The notes under the pieces: model-generated
Told to the model about the DNA's origin: nothing
Seen by the model: the letters and a program-made list of their open reading frames with translations, nothing else
Database searches by the model: none
In this document: positions 37,302 to 46,041 of the stretch, piece by piece
Layout of the letters: each line of letters begins with the position of its first letter
Numbering within the stretch: the first letter of the stretch is position 1
Source of the DNA: a virus
Length of the DNA stretch: 64,000 bases
Virus record (IMG/VR): IMGVR_UViG_3300037264_001719
Coordinates: 18,332-82,331 of that record
Strand: one strand, 5' to 3'
Made by a program: the position numbers and the translations under genes

Positions 37302-39557
37302 ATGCTTCGATTTGTTCAACTTCGTCGTATCGAGTCCGATCTCTATAAGGCCGAGGCGATTTTCTTCGCCACGGGGATCGGGGACTCGGACGTGTCCGAC
37401 AACCGCGACACGCTCAACGTCCAAGCCCCCGATCACTTCTCCGGGGGAGACCTCCTCAAGATGATGTACCGGAGGGGGAAATGGATTGAGACCCGGGTTT
37501 ACGAACATCCCAAGCGAGCGAAGGAAGTCCTTTCGGGGGAATCGGAGGAGCCGAAGGCGTCGGAGGAGTCCGAGACCTTCGTTCCCATCATTGTTTCCGG
37601 GCCTCTAAATTACAAACCGGAGTGGGCGGACTTCCCTCCGGTTGAACGCCTCCGGGCATGGATCGCGGCTTCCGACCGCCCGACCATCTCCATCCTCATC
37701 CCCTCACAGGATCGTATTCCCCTGCTTATGGCCTGCCTCCTCTCGATTGAAGAAACGACGCGGGGATACGCAGTCGAAGTCGTGATCGGGGATTCGGGGA
37801 GCAAGTCGGATACTTTTAATTTCTACAGGAGCATTGGAATCCGGGTCGTTCACTTCAGCCAGCCTTTCAACTTCTCCGTGGTCTGTAATGGACTCGCCGC
37901 CGTAGCGAAGGGGGAGCACCTTCTTTTCCTCAACAACGACACCAAGGCGCTCACCCCCGGATGGCCGAAAGTTCTTATCGGGAGACGGAATGAGGTGATC
38001 GGGGCCGTCCTTGTTCACGACAAAGACCCGCAACTGATTCACCATGCCGGGCTCGAAATCGGACCCCATCCGAATTCAGGCAACGTGGTCCCCTTCTATT
38101 CCGGGCACACCGGATACCGGACGCCCATTCACGAGATCGACCAACTCGACACGAAGAAGCCCATCGCCGTGACGGGGGCCTTCCTCGCTGTCTCCAAGAA
38201 GGTATTTTTTCGGCTCGGGGGGTTCGACGTTGCCTTCCGGCTCGACCTGCAAGATGCCGACTTCTGCATTCGGGCGAGGGAGATCGGAGTCAAAGTGTCA
38301 GTTTCGACTTCGGTCGTCTTCTCCCATGTCTCAAGCGGTAGCCGGGAAGGGGGTCAACTGGACTTCCCTGAGAACAACTGGAAGTTCTTCTCCGGCAGGC
38401 GCGGAAAGTCGATCTACCAATGGGATGCCGTGGGGAATGTTTCTCCCCGTAAGGAACAAGGGCGAGTGCTCATCATCGACGATCACGCCCCTGATCCGAA
38501 CGTGGGGCTTCATGTCCCCCGGGCCAAAAGTATCCTTGAGTTCATGGCGGCGCTCGATTACCGGGTGTCTGTGTTTCAGACGCTCAATCAGAACGTAAGC
38601 CGGGAATGGCTCGACCGGATGCTCTATCTCGGTATCGATGTGGTCACGGATTCCCCGGATTTCAACGCCTTCTCTCGGGAACGAGCGGGGTTTTACGACA
38701 CGGTGTACATCTCCCGGCCCCACAATCTCCGGCGCTTCTTCAACCTCGCCCGATCCCGATTCCCGAAAGCGCAGATCATCTACGACGCCGAGGCCCTCTT
38801 CTATGTTCGGGAGAAACTCAAGGCCGCACTTTTCGGGCTCAACCCCGAACGATCCAACGCGGAGGAGCGTCTCGAACTTGACATGATGGGGCCTGCGGAC
38901 AAGATCGTTTCTGTTTCTGAGGCCGAGAAGAAGATCATCGAAGCGTCCCGTCCTGCCCTTCGGGGAAAGGTCCATGTGTGGGGGCACTCTCTCCCCCTCC
39001 GGCCCACGTCGGGCGGATTCAGGGATCGCCGGGGAATCCTTTTCACGGGGAATCTCAATGCGGATAATCCCAACGAGGATTCCATCATGTACTTCGCGCA
39101 GGAAATCCTGCCGGAAGTCCGCTCGAAGATCGAATGCTCCCTCGCCATCACGGGGTCCAATCCTACCGAGAGGGTGCGGAATCTTGCGGACGGTTCAATT
39201 CGTGTGACGGGATACCTCACCGAGAGCCAGCTTCTTGATTACTACAAGAGCTATCGAGTCTTCATCGTCCCCACGAGATTTGCCGCCGGAATCCCGTGGA
39301 AGCTCCATGAGGCCATGAGTTACGGAATTCCTGCCGTGGTGACAGACCTCATCGCCGCGCAACTCGGACTCAAGGATGGACAGGGAGTTCTCGTCGCCCG
39401 AACCCCCAAGGAGTTTGCCCACAAAGTCATCCGGCTTTACACCGAGGAGACGCTCTGGAACTATGTCCGAATGACCTGTCTTGATACCATCCGTGCCACT
39501 TGCGATCCTGAAACCATGAAGAAGGAACTCGGGAAGATATTGTCGAGGAAGGAATGA
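37302..39557 (+). CDS. bifunctional GT2 + GT4 glycosyltransferase
   Basis: ISILIP, FNFS..CN, LFLNNDT, VTGAFL, GGFD, DADFC (GT2); IIYDAEAL, FAAGIPWKLHEAMSYGIPAVVT (GT4). Confidence 0.9.
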   Translation: MLRFVQLRRIESDLYKAEAIFFATGIGDSDVSDNRDTLNVQAPDHFSGGDLLKMMYRRGKWIETRVYEHPKRAKEVLSGESEEPKASEESETFVPIIVSGPLNYKPEWADFPPVERLRAWIAASDRPTISILIPSQDRIPLLMACLLSIEETTRGYAVEVVIGDSGSKSDTFNFYRSIGIRVVHFSQPFNFSVVCNGLAAVAKGEHLLFLNNDTKALTPGWPKVLIGRRNEVIGAVLVHDKDPQLIHHAGLEIGPHPNSGNVVPFYSGHTGYRTPIHEIDQLDTKKPIAVTGAFLAVSKKVFFRLGGFDVAFRLDLQDADFCIRAREIGVKVSVSTSVVFSHVSSGSREGGQLDFPENNWKFFSGRRGKSIYQWDAVGNVSPRKEQGRVLIIDDHAPDPNVGLHVPRAKSILEFMAALDYRVSVFQTLNQNVSREWLDRMLYLGIDVVTDSPDFNAFSRERAGFYDTVYISRPHNLRRFFNLARSRFPKAQIIYDAEALFYVREKLKAALFGLNPERSNAEERLELDMMGPADKIVSVSEAEKKIIEASRPALRGKVHVWGHSLPLRPTSGGFRDRRGILFTGNLNADNPNEDSIMYFAQEILPEVRSKIECSLAITGSNPTERVRNLADGSIRVTGYLTESQLLDYYKSYRVFIVPTRFAAGIPWKLHEAMSYGIPAVVTDLIAAQLGLKDGQGVLVARTPKEFAHKVIRLYTEETLWNYVRMTCLDTIRATCDPETMKKELGKILSRKE

Positions 39558-40297
39558 AGATTCACGTTTACATGATTTTCTACAACGAGGAAGTGATCCT
39601 TCCTTACTTTCTTCGGCACTACGGGGCGTTTGCTGAGAAGATCGTGTGCTTCGACAACCGGAGCACCGACCGATCCGCCGCCATCGTGGACGCCCATCCC
39701 AAGACGGAGAGGATCGTTTTCGACACGGGCGAAGGGATGTTCGACCGGATTCATCTCGATCTCAAGTCCGAGTATCGGAAGTCCCGGGGGAAGGCGGATT
39801 GGGTCATCTGCGTGGATTGCGATGAGTTCATCTACCATCCCGATATTGTCGGTCTTTTGACGAAGTATAAAAAGGAAGGGATCACCTACCCCAAGGTGCA
39901 GGGATTCGAGATGGTCTCCGAGCACACGCCTGTCGGGAACAAGCAAATCTTCGAGGAGGTTCGGAACGGATTCCCGAACGAAGGCTACGCCAAGCGCATC
40001 CTTTTCGCCCCTGAACTGGAAATCCAATTCGCCCCGGGATGTCACACCGCAAATGTCTCGGGCTGCGTCGTTGAAAGTCCGCAGGCCGATCTCAAGCTCC
40101 TCCATTACCGATTCTTGGGGAGGGACTTCTTCATCAACAGGTCCATCGAGCGGAGGGCGAGACTCAGCGAGGAGAACAAAAAGTGCGGATGGGGAACCCA
40201 CTACCTCAACCCGGATGCGTACTTCTTGAACTTGTTCAACGAAGTGAGTGCTATCTCGAAGCCCGTCGTTACGGAACTTCCAGTCCAAAGGTCTTGA
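39554..40297 (+). CDS. GT2-family glycosyltransferase
   Basis: YNEEVILPYFLRHY, DNRSTDRS, DWVICVDCDEF, LLHYRF. Confidence 0.88.
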   Translation: MKIHVYMIFYNEEVILPYFLRHYGAFAEKIVCFDNRSTDRSAAIVDAHPKTERIVFDTGEGMFDRIHLDLKSEYRKSRGKADWVICVDCDEFIYHPDIVGLLTKYKKEGITYPKVQGFEMVSEHTPVGNKQIFEEVRNGFPNEGYAKRILFAPELEIQFAPGCHTANVSGCVVESPQADLKLLHYRFLGRDFFINRSIERRARLSEENKKCGWGTHYLNPDAYFLNLFNEVSAISKPVVTELPVQRS

Positions 40298-41555
40298 GGA
40301 AGGGCAGAAGTTCAGCGATCTTGTCCTGCCACTTCCAGCGGGCGTGTGCGTTTGCGCTCGCGGCGATTCCTCGATCCCTTGCCATTTCCCGGCTTGACGC
40401 GCAGAGTTCCATCAGGTGAACGAGGTGGTCAAGGTCGGGCTCGGCCTGATCCCCTGCATCGCAGGAAGAGGGAATCCACTTCGCCACTTTTAGAGGGAGC
40501 GTTCCGTTCGGGATCGAAGTGTCCTTGTAACCGAAAGCGTCGGTGGCGATACAGGGGAGCCCCGTTGCTTCGCATTCCAGCTTCGGGAGTCCGAAGCCCT
40601 CGGCACGGCTCGGGAACACCCCGCAGTCCATTTCCGCGAGAAGCCCCTTGAGTTCCATCGGGGGGTAGCTCTTGAAGTCCCACACGATGCGGGGATCGGT
40701 TGCCGTCTTCTTCCGGTACTCCTTCGACTCGGGGTTCTCCCATTGGGCCTTCATGTAGAGCCGGATGTCCTGCCGCTTGATTCGGCGCATCGCCTCTAGC
40801 AGAAGATCGGTCCCCTTCCGAGCTTGCACGTCCGCAAAGTGAAAGAACGTAAACGGCTTCCGGTCAAGCGGTCGGTCAATGCGCGGGAATTGTTCGGGGT
40901 CGATGCCGTGCCCGAAGACGTGAACTGGGCAGGTGAGACCGGAGTCGATGATCGCTTTTTTCGTTGCTTCGGATGTCGCCAGCATCGCATCGAAATGTTT
41001 GAAGAAGTCCATGAGCCAACGGGCGGGGAGCGTTCCTTCGCATTGAAAGTAGCCCATGAGGGCGTGCGACAGGCGCTCGGCCTTGTGAAACGGTTCTGGC
41101 GGAACACGCCTCCGAGCATTGAGGATCGTGATTGTTCTGTCGATGTCCTCGGTCATGTGGGCTCTTGGGAACGTCACGTCCCCGTCCACCTTGCCCCACG
41201 AAAGCATCTTCACGGGAATCTTGGCGGCGAGAAGCTCCCGAACGACGGCATAGTTGAACCACTTGAAAGAGCCGCCGTATCCGAATCCAAGTCCGCCCCA
41301 CGTCAGACCCCGAACCTTCTGCGTGAGTCGTCTCGCCGCCCGAACTTCCTTCATGAGCGGGGCCTTGAGTTCGATCTTCCCTTCCCGGTAGCAGTAGTCG
41401 TTGACGAGGTTCCTCAGCCCTGCGTAGGTTCCTTTCAGGAAAACGAAATCCCCTCGGAGGTCCGAAGAATCGGGCATGACCCGCCAACGATGGGTTGATT
41501 GGATTTCCCGAATTCCGGGGCTGATTTCGGGGCCGAGTTGAATGACCTGTTTCAT
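40269..41555 (-). CDS. GT4-family glycosyltransferase
   Basis: HGIDPEQF, RKGTDLL, VFPSRAEGFGLPKLECEATGLPCIAT; the only clear minus-strand gene. Confidence 0.9.
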   Translation of the reverse strand: MKQVIQLGPEISPGIREIQSTHRWRVMPDSSDLRGDFVFLKGTYAGLRNLVNDYCYREGKIELKAPLMKEVRAARRLTQKVRGLTWGGLGFGYGGSFKWFNYAVVRELLAAKIPVKMLSWGKVDGDVTFPRAHMTEDIDRTITILNARRRVPPEPFHKAERLSHALMGYFQCEGTLPARWLMDFFKHFDAMLATSEATKKAIIDSGLTCPVHVFGHGIDPEQFPRIDRPLDRKPFTFFHFADVQARKGTDLLLEAMRRIKRQDIRLYMKAQWENPESKEYRKKTATDPRIVWDFKSYPPMELKGLLAEMDCGVFPSRAEGFGLPKLECEATGLPCIATDAFGYKDTSIPNGTLPLKVAKWIPSSCDAGDQAEPDLDHLVHLMELCASSREMARDRGIAASANAHARWKWQDKIAELLPFLKTFGLEVP

Positions 41556-41563
41556 CTGGAGCC

Positions 41564-41592
41564 TTGACGAACGAGAGAGTATAGCATAGAGT
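41564..41592. promoter_or_regulatory. overlapping divergent promoters
   Basis: + strand TTGACG-17-TAGAGT; - strand extended -10 TGcTATACT (complement of 41578-41586). Confidence 0.5.
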
Positions 41593-41630
41593 TTAAGGGT
41601 CTACTACAAACGTGTTTGAGGAGGTGAGAT

Positions 41631-41903
41631 ATGCCCGGTCCCATCATCACGGACGACATCGTTTTCCAGAAGATCAGTTCGCCCCTCGGCCAGTCCAACG
41701 GGAGCCCCTTCGACAAGGCGCTCGCCAACCGGGACAAGATTCTCACGGGCTACATCAAGAAGATCAACCGCAGGCAGGTCACGCTCGCTCCGTCGCAGAC
41801 GGTCCTCCTGTCCGACTCGTGGGGCAACGAGGTGCAGAGCAACATCGCCGCGATCTTCCCCGGGCTGGGCGATTTCGGGCCGGGCGGCGGGCCGCTGTCG
41901 TAG
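41631..41903 (+). CDS. small hypothetical protein with strong expression signals
   Basis: GAGGAGGTG RBS; capsid-like codon bias. Confidence 0.75.
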   Translation: MPGPIITDDIVFQKISSPLGQSNGSPFDKALANRDKILTGYIKKINRRQVTLAPSQTVLLSDSWGNEVQSNIAAIFPGLGDFGPGGGPLS

Positions 41904-41951
41904 TCGCAGTCGCGGCCTAGTTCCACCGAAGAACGGGGAGATGGTTCGCCT

Positions 41952-42887
41952 ATGAAGAAGGCCCTGCTAGTCGGCATCAACGCCTACCCGACCTCCCCGC
42001 TTCGCGGCTGTCTCAACGACGTGGAGGACTGGCACCGCCTCATCACCACGGTCGGACAATACAGCCCGGACAACGTGCGAGCCCTGTGCGACAGCCGGGC
42101 GACCACGCAGGCCATCAAGGACAGGCTGACGTGGCTCCGCGAGGGTATCCGGCCCGGCGATGAGGTGCTCTTTCAGTTCAGCGGTCACGGATCACAGGTC
42201 CGTGACCGTGGTGTTCTGGATGAACTCGCGGACCACATGGACGAGATCATCTGCCCGGTCGATCTCGACTGGGACCAGAAGCTCATCACCGACGACGATC
42301 TTTCGGACTGGATCGCCGGATTCCCCAAGGGCGTCCGGGTCATCGTCGTTCTCGACTCCTGCCACTCGGGGACGGGGACGCGAGACTTCCGTCCTCCGAT
42401 GGAGAACCCCCACTACAAGGCCGACCGATACCTCCCGCCTCCGCTGGACATCGAGCTTCGCGGAAGATCGGTCGAGGGGAGCCGCGCCCCCATGAAGCGT
42501 TCGCGGATCGGCTACGGGAACAAGTCCGGGTTTGCCCGGAAGATGAAGGCCAAGAGCCGAGGCTGGGTTCCGTGGTGGTTCCGTTTCCGCATTCGTCCGA
42601 AGCCGAAGCCCGTGATCGTTGCGCCTGTCGCTCCGGCTGTTCCGGGCGGGAATCACGTCCTCATCTCCGGGTGCCGGAGCGATCAGACCAGCGCCGATGC
42701 CTTCATCAACAATCGGTACAACGGGGCGCTGACCCGGTACTTCGTGAACGAAGTGACGCAGAGCCCGGGGAGGAAACTCGCGGAGGTTCATGCGGCGGCG
42801 AAGGCTGCGATTCTCTCCGGCGGGTTCACTCAGGAATCCCAGCTTGAGGGGCCACCTTCTTACATGGACATCCCCTTTTTCGGGTAG
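41952..42887 (+). CDS. metacaspase (peptidase C14)
   Basis: KKALLVGINAY, LRGCLNDV, FSGHG (His), DSCHSG (Cys), ISGCRSDQTSADA, NGALT. Confidence 0.95.
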   Translation: MKKALLVGINAYPTSPLRGCLNDVEDWHRLITTVGQYSPDNVRALCDSRATTQAIKDRLTWLREGIRPGDEVLFQFSGHGSQVRDRGVLDELADHMDEIICPVDLDWDQKLITDDDLSDWIAGFPKGVRVIVVLDSCHSGTGTRDFRPPMENPHYKADRYLPPPLDIELRGRSVEGSRAPMKRSRIGYGNKSGFARKMKAKSRGWVPWWFRFRIRPKPKPVIVAPVAPAVPGGNHVLISGCRSDQTSADAFINNRYNGALTRYFVNEVTQSPGRKLAEVHAAAKAAILSGGFTQESQLEGPPSYMDIPFFG

Positions 42888-42890
42888 TCC

Positions 42891-43403
42891 ATGTCTGAAG
42901 ATACGAAGACCCACGGGAAGCCTTCGGCATGGGGCCTCAAGAGTCTCATGGCGGTCATCGGGGGCGGACTCCTCAGTACGTTCGCCACGATCATCTGGAC
43001 CGGATTTGAGAAGACCCACGAAGCCATCGGCCAGTTGACCTCCAAGGTCAAGGAACTCGAAGACGAACGGAGCAAGTGGGGCCTTCTGACGGAACTCCAC
43101 AACCACATGATCGCGCTCGACAAGAAGGCGACGATCAATGAGGTCAATCACGAATGGGTGAAATGGACCATCGGGGTCGGGCGAATTGAAGTTCCTGTCT
43201 CCGTAATCCCCGCGCCGGAGCCGAAACCGGAGCCGGGGCCGAAACCTGTACCTGTCGTACCTCCCGATCCGCCGCCGCAAAAAACGGAACCGCCCAAGAA
43301 GTTGCCTTTCGATCAGCAAAAGAAGCCCCTCGACCCCGACGACTTGAGGCGACTGTACGAACAGAAGTACCCGAACGAATTCTTCAAGAAGGGCGAAAAA
43401 TAG
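42891..43403 (+). CDS. membrane-anchored coiled-coil, Pro-rich protein
   Basis: N-terminal TM (LMAVIGGGLLSTFATIIW), coiled coil, PEPKPEPGPKP. Confidence 0.7.
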   Translation: MSEDTKTHGKPSAWGLKSLMAVIGGGLLSTFATIIWTGFEKTHEAIGQLTSKVKELEDERSKWGLLTELHNHMIALDKKATINEVNHEWVKWTIGVGRIEVPVSVIPAPEPKPEPGPKPVPVVPPDPPPQKTEPPKKLPFDQQKKPLDPDDLRRLYEQKYPNEFFKKGEK

Positions 43404-44086
43404 TGCAGAACGTCCTTGCCTCCATCGTCGGGTCTATGCGGGAAGTCCCTGAATGTCTTGCCACGGATGTCCAATCCCAATCGACGGCGAAAGTGAGGAT
43501 GCTTCTCAACAGACTCGTTGCGGAGCTTCCTTCCAACGAGTCATACTTCGAGGTCGGGTGCCTCAAGGGGGGAACGCTCATCAGCGCCCTCCTCAACAAC
43601 CTCAACGCCACGGCTTACGCCTGCGACAACTGGACCGAGTACCTCAACGAGAACCCCGAGCAAATCTTCTGGAACAACCTCAAGAAGTACAAGGGGCGGA
43701 TGGCCGAGCCCAAGGTCATCAAGGACAGTTGTTGGAACCTTGTGACCACGCCCCCGTTCGAGAAGCCTATCGGGGTTTACTTCTACGACGGGGACCACAC
43801 CTTCGAGTCTCAGAAGAAGGCGCTCACCCACTTCTACAAGTTTTTCGCGGAGCGAGTCGTTGTCATCGTGGACGATTGGAATTGGGACGCTGTGAAAACC
43901 GGGACGTGGGCGGGAATCGCGGAGATCAAGCCCAAGCACGTCTTCTACCTTGAACTTCCGTCTCGGAGGAACGGGGACCTCGAAAACTACCACAACGGAA
44001 TCGGGGCGTTCTATCTGGAGTTCGGGGAGAACAAGTTCTATACCCCGTCAACCGCGCCCGGCAAAATACCTGCGGCTGTAAAATAG
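43403..44086 (+). CDS. class I SAM methyltransferase (Methyltransf_24-like)
   Basis: FEVGCLKGGT, FYDGDH, IVDDWNW. Confidence 0.85.
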   Translation: MQNVLASIVGSMREVPECLATDVQSQSTAKVRMLLNRLVAELPSNESYFEVGCLKGGTLISALLNNLNATAYACDNWTEYLNENPEQIFWNNLKKYKGRMAEPKVIKDSCWNLVTTPPFEKPIGVYFYDGDHTFESQKKALTHFYKFFAERVVVIVDDWNWDAVKTGTWAGIAEIKPKHVFYLELPSRRNGDLENYHNGIGAFYLEFGENKFYTPSTAPGKIPAAVK

Positions 44087-44176
44087 GGGCGATAACAAAC
44101 CATGTCAGAACAGCCCTACTATGTCCGAGGCGATAAGGTGATTCAGGATGATCTTGTTCCTTAAAGGAGGTGGGCT

Positions 44177-44740
44177 ATGAGGCGGTGCCTCTTCGTGCGT
44201 CTGATGACGCTGGCGGTTGTTTCCCTGATGCTCCCCGGATGCGGTTCAACTGGAGGACTCCAGATCGACCCGCAGGACGCGGCGAAGTACGTCCAGATCG
44301 GCGCGGAGAAGGCGGTGGACCTCGGCCTCAAGGCCCTCTCCAAGGACGCGGCGAGCTTCACCAACGTCAAGAAGTGGAGCGGCGAAGCCAAGGACGCCAT
44401 CGACAAGGCGGTTCTCCCCCTGTTCACCGGAGCAGGCGTCGGAGACGTGACGCTGGCGACGGCGAATCAGGCTCTCCAGATTCTCGACGAGAAGATCAAC
44501 CCTGTATTGAAGGGCGTGATCCAACTCGGCGTGAACACCGCGCTCGCTTACATCAAAATGCCCGCCAACCCCACGGACAAGCTCTCGCCTGATGCGAAGG
44601 CGATCATCGTCGCCCTCTTCAACGGGATGAGTGCGGGGGCCGGGAACTTCGCCAAGTGGGATGGTCCTGCCAGCCGCGATCCCAGCCCCGTGCCGCCCGT
44701 CGTCTCCCTCGGGTGGAACTGGGGAGGCAAAGGCCCGTAG
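44177..44740 (+). CDS. predicted lipoprotein
   Basis: Basic N-terminus, hydrophobic core, lipobox LPGC; AAGGAGG RBS. Confidence 0.75.
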   Translation: MRRCLFVRLMTLAVVSLMLPGCGSTGGLQIDPQDAAKYVQIGAEKAVDLGLKALSKDAASFTNVKKWSGEAKDAIDKAVLPLFTGAGVGDVTLATANQALQILDEKINPVLKGVIQLGVNTALAYIKMPANPTDKLSPDAKAIIVALFNGMSAGAGNFAKWDGPASRDPSPVPPVVSLGWNWGGKGP

Positions 44741-46038
44741 TGTCGGCAGAGGTTCTCCCCGGAGCCGTCCGAATCCCGGTCAAGCCCAAGCGTAACGAAG
44801 GCGAGTTCCGCGTCCTCGCCATGCGGAGGTCCGGGCACCACGGGTTCATTCGGTGGTTGCTCGGGCATTTCTCCGGCGAGGTCGTTTTCCAAAATGATGT
44901 CTCCGTCCTTCGAGCCGAGAACACCTCCACTTTCTGCCCCTCTGCGAACGGGACTCGGCAGGCGTTCGTATTCAACGTCGAGAACCCCGACATCCCGAAC
45001 GTCATGAGCCAAATCTCCTCGGATTGCTGGAGAACGAACAAGGGGCCGAGCGACAAGACGCACACCCTTGTCCTCCTGCGAGACCCGTACAACTGGATTG
45101 CCAGCCGGATCAAGGCATGGGGAGCCCGGGAGCAGTACGGAGGCACCTCCATCCTTTCGGAAGTCGCGCTCTGGAAGCAACAAGCCCGGGAGTTTCTCGG
45201 GGAGACGGAGTATCTCCCGAAGGATACGCTGTTCGTCTCCTACGTTGAATGGTTTCGGAGCGCGGATTACCGCCGGGGGATTTCCGAGAAGCTCGGGCTT
45301 TCCTTCACCGACAAAAACCTCGGGATCAACATGAGGCTCGGGGGGAGCAGTTTCGATTCTATCGACAGCGACCCCCAAACGCTCAATGTCCTTGGCCGAT
45401 GGAAGAACTTCCTCCAGCACAAGGGCTACCTGTCCCTTTTTGACCGGGAACTTCTCGATCTTGCGGACAGAATCTTCGGAGATTTCTCCAAAGACATTCG
45501 AGCAAAACTTCCCCGCGCCCGTGGGGTCACGGTTTGGCTTACAGGGCTCCCCGGGGCAGGAAAGACCTCCATCGCCCGGGAGCTTGAGACCCGTCTCGGG
45601 GAAAAGAATTTCCTCGAAGTGCTTGACGGGGATCAAATGCGTCGCCTGCTCTGTTCCGACCTCGGGTTCTCCAAAGAGGATCGGGATGAGAACGCCCGGA
45701 GGATCGGCTATGCGGCGAGCATCCTGACGCGGAGGGGGGCAGTTGCCGTTGTATCGGTCATTTCCCCCTATCGGCAATCTCGGAGGGAAGCCCGCGAGAT
45801 GTCGAGCGACTTTGTGGAGGTTTACGTTCGTTGCTCCGTGACCGAGTGCCGCCGAAGAGACCCCAAAGGTCTTTACCTCAAGTCTCAGCAGGGGAATCTC
45901 AAGGGATTGACCGGGGTCGATGCGCCTTACGAAGTCCCTGAATCCCCGGAGATCGTCGTGGACACCGAGGCTCAGTCCCTTGAAGCCTGCGTCGTGCAGA
46001 TCATCAAGTATCTGCGGGACAAGGCCCTCGTGAAGTAA
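44740..46038 (+). CDS. cysC: sulfotransferase-like domain fused to adenylyl-sulfate (APS) kinase
   Basis: N-terminal MRRSGHH and LLRDPYNWIASR; C-terminal TGLPGAGKTS, LDGD, DLGFSKEDR.EN, ISPY, RDPKGLY, TGVDAPYE. Confidence 0.88.
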   Translation: MSAEVLPGAVRIPVKPKRNEGEFRVLAMRRSGHHGFIRWLLGHFSGEVVFQNDVSVLRAENTSTFCPSANGTRQAFVFNVENPDIPNVMSQISSDCWRTNKGPSDKTHTLVLLRDPYNWIASRIKAWGAREQYGGTSILSEVALWKQQAREFLGETEYLPKDTLFVSYVEWFRSADYRRGISEKLGLSFTDKNLGINMRLGGSSFDSIDSDPQTLNVLGRWKNFLQHKGYLSLFDRELLDLADRIFGDFSKDIRAKLPRARGVTVWLTGLPGAGKTSIARELETRLGEKNFLEVLDGDQMRRLLCSDLGFSKEDRDENARRIGYAASILTRRGAVAVVSVISPYRQSRREAREMSSDFVEVYVRCSVTECRRRDPKGLYLKSQQGNLKGLTGVDAPYEVPESPEIVVDTEAQSLEACVVQIIKYLRDKALVK

Positions 46039-46041
46039 CTC

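Noticed and set aside
44088-44164. 20-codon ORF (MSEQPYYVRGDKVIQDDLVP) and a GGCGATAA pair
   Set aside because: Too short, weak RBS, and an 8-mer repeat is compatible with chance
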